DNA of 32,000 nucleotides, from positions 46,343 through 78,342 of the forward strand of contig CAYRPF010000003.1 of NCBI GenBank assembly GCA_964426185.1. The letters are read 5' to 3'. Shown here in pieces: positions 8,680 through 16,699 of the stretch; the first letter of the stretch is position 1, and each line of letters opens with the position of its first letter. This DNA comes from an uncultured archaeon (GTDB lineage Archaea > Asgardarchaeota > Lokiarchaeia > Sigyniarchaeales > Promethearchaeaceae). A program made the position numbers and the translations under genes. Under the pieces are notes generated by a model, which saw nothing but the letters and a program-made list of their open reading frames with translations, was not told the origin of the DNA and did no database searches.

Positions 8680-8964
8680 ATGCCGGAACAATCCGACGAA
8701 CTAACCCATTGGGTTATCCAAAGTATGTATTTACTTTTAGATGGGCAAGTTTCGGATACAATAATTTTATCTTCGCACAAATTAAACACTATTTTAGAAC
8801 ACAAATGCGGTGTTAATTTGAAAATCGATCGCATTGGCAGGTATCTGGCTCGTTTTTCCCGTGAACATAAATTAAAGCGCTTGACAACTAAAATTCCAAA
8901 ATATGAAATTAAGAAGGAACTTTTGCTGAAAATTCTGAAATCCTATTCCATTCAAACAACCTAA
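8680..8964 (+). CDS. Small basic hypothetical protein, possibly winged-helix
   Basis: 94 aa with ATG start. The pattern LSSHKLNTIL..KCGVNLKIDRIGRYLARFSREHKLKR....KYEI fits helix-helix-recognition helix-wing. Confidence 0.65.
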   Translation: MPEQSDELTHWVIQSMYLLLDGQVSDTIILSSHKLNTILEHKCGVNLKIDRIGRYLARFSREHKLKRLTTKIPKYEIKKELLLKILKSYSIQTT

Positions 8965-8967
8965 TAA

Positions 8968-9744
8968 GTGATTGTGCTCAAATTGCCGCAAACTACACAT
9001 CAACGCCGATATGATCATTTCGTTAAAGCTGGATTAGATGCCTATAAGAAAGCAGTAGAATCAAAATCAACCAAAAAAACTACAGCTTTAGTTCAGCAAT
9101 CCTTGGACTACTTTTCAAAAGCTGTCAAGATGACAGATCTTGTTGCCATGGAAGATCGTATTCCCTACTTAAATGAATATTTTGTTCTCAACTATGCAAT
9201 TCTTGCCAACACTCTTTCTATAGAGAATAAAATTGAGGAAGCAATTCTAACCTACCAAAAGGCTTTGAATATAAATGAAAAAACTTTGAATAATCAAGAA
9301 ACTCTTATTCGAGATTGTTTCATTTCAACGGAAATTTCAAAGTTATATATCTATCAAAAAAATAAGATTCTTGCAGAAAAAAATCTGTGGAGGATTTTGA
9401 AAAATACCAAAAAATTGGAAGATATTAAAAAGGCAATTAAATACTTATTACAAATTCGTGATTTTTTTATTCAACTTGATAATCAAGAGGGCATTAAGCA
9501 AACTTGGAAGATGTTGCTTAAAATTGCAACAAAAGGAAAAGAAGAAGATCTTGTGCCTATTCGTGCGGAAATTTACGAACAATATGGGCGATTTTTAGTG
9601 AAAAACGAAGGACAAAATCCCCATAACGCTTTGAAGCAAAAGAAACGCGCTAAAAAATACTGGAAAAAGGCAATTTTGCTGTATAATCGTGCAAAATTAT
9701 CCAAAAAAACCAAAAAACTAGAAAAATTAATAGATAAATTATGA
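8968..9744 (+). CDS. TPR-like alpha-helical repeat protein
   Basis: Repeated motifs SLDYFSKA, EEAILTYQKAL, AEIYEQYG, AKKYWKKA; starts 3 nt after the previous stop. Confidence 0.75.
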   Translation: MIVLKLPQTTHQRRYDHFVKAGLDAYKKAVESKSTKKTTALVQQSLDYFSKAVKMTDLVAMEDRIPYLNEYFVLNYAILANTLSIENKIEEAILTYQKALNINEKTLNNQETLIRDCFISTEISKLYIYQKNKILAEKNLWRILKNTKKLEDIKKAIKYLLQIRDFFIQLDNQEGIKQTWKMLLKIATKGKEEDLVPIRAEIYEQYGRFLVKNEGQNPHNALKQKKRAKKYWKKAILLYNRAKLSKKTKKLEKLIDKL

Positions 9745-9789
9745 AATAAGTATATTATTATCTTAACCTTTCAATGTTTGCACTACTTC

Positions 9790-10557
9790 TCATGAAGAAT
9801 GCCATCCGCGTTCTTCCATAATCCGATCAACTAAATATTCAGTTTCCTTGAGTGATATACCTTGGATTTGCTCTTCTTCGATAGTAACCAACTGATGAGA
9901 AAGCAATTGTGAGATCCCTTTTGTCCAATCTGGATCAGATATTTTGAAGTTAGTTTGGAAAAATTTTTGCAGAATTTTCAAATTAAAATTACCAAAATCC
10001 ATCAATAATGTAAGCACATCATAAACAAACTCAAATGTTATCTTATCTTGATATAGAAGTTTAAGAACTTCTATTGCAAAGCTTATTTTTTCACGTTGGT
10101 ATTGGAGAAATTTCATAGTATATTTACGTTCTTGATGGTTTTTGCATACATTTCCTTTAGATGAAGGATAGTTTCGGCACATATTTGGGTGAAAACCATG
10201 AATAATACAATATGATTCTCTAACAGAATCTCCATTTTCTAAGTTCCAAGCCAGAAATAAACATTCGGTTGAATTTTGAGAGTCTTTTAGAAAAAATTTT
10301 TGTGCCAAATCAAAGTGTTTTTTCCATATCTGACGTTTTGAGGGAATGTAATAGTCGATCTGGCCTGTTTGCAAATTTTTTTTCTCCCAATGTGTTTGAA
10401 TTTGGTTATAAAGTTCTATATAGGGATTAAATGGGAGCTTTTGCTGGGAGAAAAATAAAGGATTCTTTTGATGAAGTATTTCTTCTGAAGTAAAATGAAT
10501 TTGACCTTCAAATTCAATACAACATCGTCCACATCGAGAACATAAATTCAATTCCAT
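9790..10557 (-). CDS. YkgJ-family cysteine-cluster (CxxCxxCC) Fe-S/Zn-binding protein
   Basis: CSRCGRCC near the N-terminus, then CLFL and CIIHGFHPNMCRNYP. ATG 10557 avoids overlap with the divergent gene. Confidence 0.85.
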   Translation of the reverse strand: MELNLCSRCGRCCIEFEGQIHFTSEEILHQKNPLFFSQQKLPFNPYIELYNQIQTHWEKKNLQTGQIDYYIPSKRQIWKKHFDLAQKFFLKDSQNSTECLFLAWNLENGDSVRESYCIIHGFHPNMCRNYPSSKGNVCKNHQERKYTMKFLQYQREKISFAIEVLKLLYQDKITFEFVYDVLTLLMDFGNFNLKILQKFFQTNFKISDPDWTKGISQLLSHQLVTIEEEQIQGISLKETEYLVDRIMEERGWHSS

Positions 10558-10665
10558 ATAAAATATATTAAGAATCAAGGTGAAATGAAATTTTGCATTT
10601 ATCAAATTTCTTCAAAAAGCGAAGCATTTTTTGGGTTATTTGCCCACATGATGGTTAGAGTAGAA

Positions 10666-13122
10666 ATGCCGCTATCCGATCGAAATCGCCGATTCAAGAG
10701 TAAAAGTGAGATAAAGCAGAAAAATAACCAAAAATCTGAAGAAAATACATTTCGGCAAAAATTTTTCGCAATTTTTATTTCTCCTGTTAAGTTTTTCTTT
10801 ATAAGAATGCGAGAACTTTTTTTAGGTCGAACTGATAAACAATTAAGCGGTGAAAAGCCTTCTTTTCTTGGAAAACGTATGTTCTTTTTATTAGGTCTGT
10901 TTTCCCTTACTTCTTTTATTCTGTTTGCTGAAATGAACCAAAATTTATTCGCTAGTCCAATAATTTTAAGAATACTTGATGTTTTAACCTTAAGTGATCC
11001 CTATTCCTTTGGAATCGCCTTAACTTTCGTTTTTATCGAGCTCAGCTTTTTAAATTGCAATGATAAAATCCATTTATGGTTTTTCGGCAAATTATACGTC
11101 GTTAAACAGTTGATTTTATTTGTAGGATTATTCGTAGGAAATTTGTTCCTAAATCGGTATATAATTAGTCTAGGTTTTGATTTTTATGCCTTATTGCTTA
11201 TGTTAGCAGGATTATGGCTTATTTTTCAAACCATCCGTATTTTTAATGGGGCAAAAATTGGTGCAACAAAGACAGAAGCTAAAATTTCGGAGCGTTATTC
11301 TCCATTTCTCTTCTTCATTGCTGTAGTTACTCCATTTATTATTTTAGGTGTTCTCATTTTTCTTTCTTGGGTTTTTCGCTATTATATTGTGATATTCACT
11401 TTAGATTACATAGGACATCCTGATCATAATCCTCAACTTGCTTTAGAAATATACACAAAGGAAATGGGTGTAATTATGCCAATGATTTATACAGGTATGT
11501 TTTTTGTGTTTGTAATGATGATCTCTCAAGTGATTTTAAGTCGGAAAAAGGGAGCAACAAAACGTGCCGGTGCTTATGATAATTTTACTTTCGGATTAAT
11601 TAGTTTTGTAATGTTTCTTTATTCTTTATATAACATAGCTTTGTACTTATTCTTAGATCACAAATTTTTAGAAGGATTTAGCACGGTTCTTGGTAGCACT
11701 TCTCATAGTGGGGGAGCTTTCTTTGTAGAATATATGATTACAATTGTATTTTTGATTTGGATAATTGTAGATTTACACAAGCAATTTGAAAAAGGAGTTT
11801 TATTTTTTACGAAAGATGGAATGATTCTCTTTTTACTCGGCGCAATATTTGCCCAAACAACTGCAAGATATGGAATTGTAGCTGGAAAAGCCAGTGTTAA
11901 TAATACACTTGCAAACTTCATAAAATATGACTACATGATACTTCCTTGGATTATTCTTCTATTTTTAGGGGTAACAATTGTTTCCTATTGGATTCGTCCA
12001 CAAGAAATGTCAATGTTCTTGCACATGAGTAAATCTGCCGTAGATGATAAAGATAAAGGAATGGAGAATATTTTACGTTTTCTTAAACGAGAATTTATTC
12101 GCAGAGGTGAGAAATTCGAAATTTCACCGGATATAATCAATTCATTAAGAAAAATTACTTCCTATCCATCTCAAGTTATTTGGGCCTTAATTTATCGCCT
12201 AAATGATCAATATATTGATGTTCACCTACAATTCGAGAAAGATGAAAATCAAAAGAAAATTGTTTATTTTGATTTCCTTCCGATTACGACTAAATATCAA
12301 AAGAGTAAAGAAGCAGAATACAGGGCGAAAACATATCTGTCTTCTTATTTTGTCCAAAGTCTCCAGACAGGTCCAAAGAAAAAGTTGGCTGTAAGCAAGA
12401 AGAAAATATCTTCTTCTAAGCAAACTGATGTTTTTATTCAAAGTCTTTCTCACACATATGCTAAAAAAGTTCAAATGGAAAAAGAACAAAAAGAGAAACA
12501 AATCCAGCAAGGGGAACAATTTACTGAAGAATGGTTAAATAAAGAAATGGATAATGAAACCAAAAAGCTTGTTTATGAAATTGTAAAAAAAGAATATATT
12601 CGTCGGATTACTCATATATCAGATTATCCAAACGAGATCCGATTCCGAATGTCAGATATCGTTGGCACAATTGAAAAATCAACCGGAATTCCAGTGGGGA
12701 GATTATTTCCATTTTTATACCAGTTGGCAGCTGAAAATTGGAATTTCTTGCTCTCGGCTGATTTTGTTGATGCTAAACATCCAGATGATCGTTTAATAGA
12801 ATTTCTTCCAATCGATGATTGGGAATTATATTCTTTAATGCGTGAATACAGACCAGAAACCCTTCGTGAAATACATATCTTAATGCAAACGTGGTTTGAT
12901 CGAAATATTAATTTTAAACGAAAAAAATTAGAAAGATTACCCCCGTTAGAGTACACTGATGAAGATGCAGAATTCGAACGTTCTTATCGTTCTAAATGGT
13001 TTGCTCAAACAATGCATTACTTTGCAAAACACTATCAGACCAGACAAAGAGAGCAAGATTTCCATTCACGTGGTGCTTTACTCCATAAATCTTTTAAAAA
13101 AATAGGTGTTCCGTTTCTCTAA
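10666..13122 (+). CDS. Polytopic membrane protein (about 10 TM helices) with large cytoplasmic C-terminus containing an internal repeat
   Basis: Successive hydrophobic segments in the first ~470 aa, then a hydrophilic region with KREFIRR...DFLPI and KKEYIRR...EFLPI. Start is uncertain (10585, 10648 or 10666). Confidence 0.8.
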   Translation: MPLSDRNRRFKSKSEIKQKNNQKSEENTFRQKFFAIFISPVKFFFIRMRELFLGRTDKQLSGEKPSFLGKRMFFLLGLFSLTSFILFAEMNQNLFASPIILRILDVLTLSDPYSFGIALTFVFIELSFLNCNDKIHLWFFGKLYVVKQLILFVGLFVGNLFLNRYIISLGFDFYALLLMLAGLWLIFQTIRIFNGAKIGATKTEAKISERYSPFLFFIAVVTPFIILGVLIFLSWVFRYYIVIFTLDYIGHPDHNPQLALEIYTKEMGVIMPMIYTGMFFVFVMMISQVILSRKKGATKRAGAYDNFTFGLISFVMFLYSLYNIALYLFLDHKFLEGFSTVLGSTSHSGGAFFVEYMITIVFLIWIIVDLHKQFEKGVLFFTKDGMILFLLGAIFAQTTARYGIVAGKASVNNTLANFIKYDYMILPWIILLFLGVTIVSYWIRPQEMSMFLHMSKSAVDDKDKGMENILRFLKREFIRRGEKFEISPDIINSLRKITSYPSQVIWALIYRLNDQYIDVHLQFEKDENQKKIVYFDFLPITTKYQKSKEAEYRAKTYLSSYFVQSLQTGPKKKLAVSKKKISSSKQTDVFIQSLSHTYAKKVQMEKEQKEKQIQQGEQFTEEWLNKEMDNETKKLVYEIVKKEYIRRITHISDYPNEIRFRMSDIVGTIEKSTGIPVGRLFPFLYQLAAENWNFLLSADFVDAKHPDDRLIEFLPIDDWELYSLMREYRPETLREIHILMQTWFDRNINFKRKKLERLPPLEYTDEDAEFERSYRSKWFAQTMHYFAKHYQTRQREQDFHSRGALLHKSFKKIGVPFL

Positions 13123-13133
13123 GGTGATTATTC

Positions 13134-13685
13134 TTGGTAGGGCAACTTTTCTTAATCGTTGGAAATAGTGGAAGTGGTAAAGATACGATTTTATCGATGA
13201 TTAAAAAATACTGGCCGAAAAATAAACCCAAGATAATCATTCCTCGCCGTTATATTACCAGAAAAAAACATCCATCTGAAAATTTTCATGCAATCTCACG
13301 ACAACGATTTCAACGCATGAAATCACAAGGTAAATTTTCATTAACATGGGAAAGTTATGGAAATTACTATGGTGTATCTTCAAAACTAAATAAATGGTTA
13401 GAAAAGGGGTATTGGGTCTTAGTCAACGTGAGTCGCTCCATTATCCCCTCATGTAAGGAGCAATATTCTGGTTGTAAGGTTATATATATCCATGTTCCAT
13501 TTAAAATATTAGAAAATAGAATTCAAAAGCGTGGAAGGGAAAAACAAAATGAGCAAGCTTATTTCGAACGCTTAAAACGAGCTCAGGAAAATTATATCTT
13601 GGAAAAAGCAGATATCACGATTGATAATTCCGACAATATTGAAAAAGCGGTGGAACAAGTGATTAATTTTCTATATCAATACTGA
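13134..13685 (+). CDS. phnN: Ribose 1,5-bisphosphate phosphokinase PhnN-like (guanylate-kinase fold)
   Basis: GNSGSGKD, RRYITR, F-x-L-x-WESYGNYYGV, VLVNVSR, RGRE; AGGTGA SD upstream of the TTG start. Confidence 0.82.
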   Translation: MVGQLFLIVGNSGSGKDTILSMIKKYWPKNKPKIIIPRRYITRKKHPSENFHAISRQRFQRMKSQGKFSLTWESYGNYYGVSSKLNKWLEKGYWVLVNVSRSIIPSCKEQYSGCKVIYIHVPFKILENRIQKRGREKQNEQAYFERLKRAQENYILEKADITIDNSDNIEKAVEQVINFLYQY

Positions 13686-13732
13686 TGCAATTGATGAATT
13701 TTAGGCTTTTATTTGGAGAAAGTGAAATTTTA

Positions 13733-14308
13733 ATGGCTCAAACAAGAAAAATATCTTTAGTTGGATTTCGATTTGCGGGAAAAACTACTTTCGGACGGGC
13801 TTTAGCTGATGAAATTTCCATTAGGTTTATGGATATTGATTCCTTAATTGTTCAAAGTGCTCGAAAATCTATTTCTGAAATATTTAAAACTGATGGTGCT
13901 GCATACTTTCGATTATTAGAAGAAAAAATTATTTACGATACATTTAATTCTGACATTTCATCAATAATTGCTGTAGGAGGGGGTGCAGTAAGTTCTTCCA
14001 AGAATCGCAAAATAATTAAAAATAATTCATATGTGGTATACTTGGATGTAGAAGAATCTGTTCTTCTTAGCCGTTATCATCGCTTAGAAATGCAAAAAGA
14101 TGAGTTTCGTCCTCGTTTAACCTCTTTATCTCTTGAAGATGAAGTATCCTTTCTACTCCATCAACGGAAACCTTATTATCAAGAGATAGCAGATCTGATT
14201 ATTCCTTTAGAAAATGCTTTAATATCTGAAAATCTAAATGTTATTATCAGTAAATTAGAGAAGCATGGGCCTAAATGGTTGAAGAATAAATTAGCAAATA
14301 GAAATTAG
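13733..14308 (+). CDS. aroK: Shikimate kinase, bacterial AroK/AroL (NMP-kinase fold) type
   Basis: ISLVGFRFAGKTTFGRALA, DID, SISEIF..DG..YFRLLE, VGGG, RP lid, R.PYY..IAD. GAAAGTGA upstream of ATG 13733 supports this start. Confidence 0.9.
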   Translation: MAQTRKISLVGFRFAGKTTFGRALADEISIRFMDIDSLIVQSARKSISEIFKTDGAAYFRLLEEKIIYDTFNSDISSIIAVGGGAVSSSKNRKIIKNNSYVVYLDVEESVLLSRYHRLEMQKDEFRPRLTSLSLEDEVSFLLHQRKPYYQEIADLIIPLENALISENLNVIISKLEKHGPKWLKNKLANRN

Positions 14309-14337
14309 GATAGATCTAAGATAAGGACGTATCAAAA

Positions 14338-14799
14338 ATGGAAAATTTAATCATAATTCTTTATTACAGTCGAGAAAATCATACGAAAACGTTAGCTAAA
14401 CGATTTTTAGACATCTTTCGGGAATTTCTCCCTATGAATTTTCGGATAGAAATGATGCATGCTACTGAAATTGACTATACTAAATTAAAAACATGTGCTG
14501 GTATTGTAGTAGGTTCTCCTGATTATTTTGGTTATGTAAGTGGTTACATTAAGATATTTTTCGATGAAATTTATCTACATAAAGAGGAATATCACAAACG
14601 ACCGATTATTGGGTTTATTACTCACGGTGGAGGAGGAAAAGCGGAAAAAAAACTACGTGATTTGTTTACTTATTTTGATTTTGAAATTATCGATCCCATA
14701 ATTTCTGTTAAGTTAGATAACATAACCAGTAAAATTGAAAACCAGATACAAAAAAGTGGATTAAAAATGCTTAAGTTAATTAAAAAGCCAAGCAACTAA
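14338..14799 (+). CDS. Flavodoxin-like / NAD(P)H-dependent FMN oxidoreductase (WrbA-like)
   Basis: YYSRENHTKTLA loop, GIVVGSPDYFG, FITHGGGG. Confidence 0.85.
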   Translation: MENLIIILYYSRENHTKTLAKRFLDIFREFLPMNFRIEMMHATEIDYTKLKTCAGIVVGSPDYFGYVSGYIKIFFDEIYLHKEEYHKRPIIGFITHGGGGKAEKKLRDLFTYFDFEIIDPIISVKLDNITSKIENQIQKSGLKMLKLIKKPSN

Positions 14800-15608
14800 G
14801 CTGTTTCATGAAGTAGAAGTTTTACCATTTCGACAAATCCCTTACCTGCTTCTTGTTGGGTAATATAGGCAGGGAGATGGGTGATTTCATCTTTAAACCT
14901 CATGATATTTGCGACCCCTATTGAATTCGGGAAAAATTTAAACATGGGTTGATCATTGGGTGAATCTCCCACAAACAATCCCCAATCTGGATATAAATCC
15001 AAATCTATTCCTAATAATTCCTTACTCAATCGTTTGGTCATCTTCAGTTTATTAAAATCCCCAAACCAGCCATTAACATGGATACTGCTGACCTTGGTGG
15101 TGGCGCCGTATTTGTGAAAAATCTCTTCAATTTTTCTAATCTGCTCTTTATTGTGTGGAGGGACATCTTCACAGAAATCGATTGCTAAATCAAATAAGCG
15201 GTAAGGCTGATCAGAAGCTACGGCTAAAGTGGGAATTTGGGAAAAAATCTCTTGTTTGATGAGTTCAAATTTCTTACGATTTTGCTTGATGTCTTCAGGT
15301 TTTTGATAGAATTTCATGATGAGTTTTGAAGGTTTTTTAGAATGATCCATGTAAGTATAAAGTGCCCCATTTTCACCTACAACCCCTGAAACGGGCCACA
15401 TTCGAGCAATTTGATCTACCCATCCGGCACATCTACCCGTAATTGGCACTACGTGGATTCCCGCTCTTTTTAATTTCCATAATGCTTGATAAGTTTCAGG
15501 TAATAGTTTTCCATGAAATGTCAGAGTATCATCAATATCGCAGAATACCACTTTTATTTTTTTAATATCCGCTGAAGAAAATTGATTAACTGGTTGAAGG
15601 GATTTCAT
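14796..15608 (-). CDS. HAD-IIB family hydrolase
   Basis: Motif I DIDDTL, motif II ITGR, GENGA, motif III K, motif IV GDSPND, GVAN. Confidence 0.92.
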   Translation of the reverse strand: MKSLQPVNQFSSADIKKIKVVFCDIDDTLTFHGKLLPETYQALWKLKRAGIHVVPITGRCAGWVDQIARMWPVSGVVGENGALYTYMDHSKKPSKLIMKFYQKPEDIKQNRKKFELIKQEIFSQIPTLAVASDQPYRLFDLAIDFCEDVPPHNKEQIRKIEEIFHKYGATTKVSSIHVNGWFGDFNKLKMTKRLSKELLGIDLDLYPDWGLFVGDSPNDQPMFKFFPNSIGVANIMRFKDEITHLPAYITQQEAGKGFVEMVKLLLHETA

Positions 15609-15689
15609 AAACAAAATGACACTTTTATTTTTTTTAAATATTCGCTGAAGAAAATTGATTAACTGGTTGAAGGGATTTCATAAACAAAA
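15549..15689. repeat. Tandem ~70-bp duplication of the HAD gene 5' end
   Basis: 15549-15616 and 15620-15689 share cgctgaagaaaattgattaactggttgaagggatttcataaacaaaa exactly. The upstream copy has a substitution and small insertions that create a TAA. Confidence 0.95.
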
Positions 15690-15710
15690 AGGTTTTTGTT
15701 GAAAATTCTT

Positions 15711-16529
15711 CTAATGTCGTCGCTTTTTCTTATTTTTTTTTATTCCAGATACATCTGTTTTAAATCGGTATTGTATTATTTGAATTAATAGATCGAAAAG
15801 ATTTTCATCCACATCTTGATAATATTTTTGAAATTCGGATAATGCTTCATTGAAATCTCTTTTTTTCCAAGTTTTGATTAAATCACGTAGATTTTCTGCG
15901 CGATCGAACAAATTCTGAAATTCCTGTTGCAAAATCAAGATTTGCGACTCATCATCAATAATATCTAATGCTTTTTTAATAATGTTTTTTTCATAATCCA
16001 ATTCCATATATTGCCATGGGGTGTTTTGAATAAAACCTTCAGTATTAATGACAAATGTATCGAATGTGGGATTCTTTTTGTATTCTAAATCATAATACCA
16101 TGTGAAAAGAAATGGATTCTGATACTTTTTTGGGAAGAAATTGGCGAAAAATCGATTATATATTGGAGCCAAGTTTTTATGTTCATACTTAGTATGAAGT
16201 ATAGTAATCGGCATATCGATGATGACTGCATGAAGAACATTTTGAACACAATAATCGCCATATTGTTTAAGTAATTCTCGCAAGGAAACTTTGATTTCGG
16301 ATTTTTCAGTTTCACCAATATTGATGGCTAAGTCTAGTTTTTCATAGCCGGCATTTTTTCCCGATCTTGTGAAAAAGGCTATGAACCGATGCTCACAGCA
16401 AATTCCTTCTTCAATTTGCACCTTTACTAACCCCATTTTCTTTGTTTCAAATAGAGAAAGCGGTAATTGGATATGTTTTTCAACATTGCAAATTGGACAT
16501 TGAATATGAACTTCTCTTGTTTCACTCAT
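15711..16529 (-). CDS. Hypothetical protein with N-terminal Zn-ribbon (CPxC...CEH) and alpha/beta plus helical C-terminus
   Basis: HIQCPICN...GICCEHRFIAFF...GYEKLD. ATG 16529 (MSETREV) is the likely start. The pattern resembles a family I recall from Lokiarchaeia, not verified. Confidence 0.75.
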   Translation of the reverse strand: MSETREVHIQCPICNVEKHIQLPLSLFETKKMGLVKVQIEEGICCEHRFIAFFTRSGKNAGYEKLDLAINIGETEKSEIKVSLRELLKQYGDYCVQNVLHAVIIDMPITILHTKYEHKNLAPIYNRFFANFFPKKYQNPFLFTWYYDLEYKKNPTFDTFVINTEGFIQNTPWQYMELDYEKNIIKKALDIIDDESQILILQQEFQNLFDRAENLRDLIKTWKKRDFNEALSEFQKYYQDVDENLFDLLIQIIQYRFKTDVSGIKKNKKKRRH

Positions 16530-16699
16530 TACTTCAATCAAAAATTTCCCAATTATTTGAATCTTATCTTTTCTATAAAAGAAAATTTTATACAATCATT
16601 GTAATATCATCCTCATGTTATGTGATTTTAAACTTGAATTAGTCATATACATAAGCATAGTATCCTCATAAGAACAACAAACCCTCCTTGTGAAGAATC

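Noticed and set aside
8494-8680. CIRCE/HrcA regulation of dnaK
   Set aside because: No TTAGCACTC-N9-GAGTGCTAA and no hrcA-like ORF.
5472-8834. Short ORFs at 5472, 6490, 6549, 7700, 8198 and 8640
   Set aside because: Antisense or out-of-frame shadows of dnaJ, dnaK and the 94-aa gene.
10558-10665. Overlapping 5' extensions of the YkgJ and membrane-protein ORFs
   Set aside because: Longest-ORF artefacts; downstream ATGs leave a normal divergent promoter gap.
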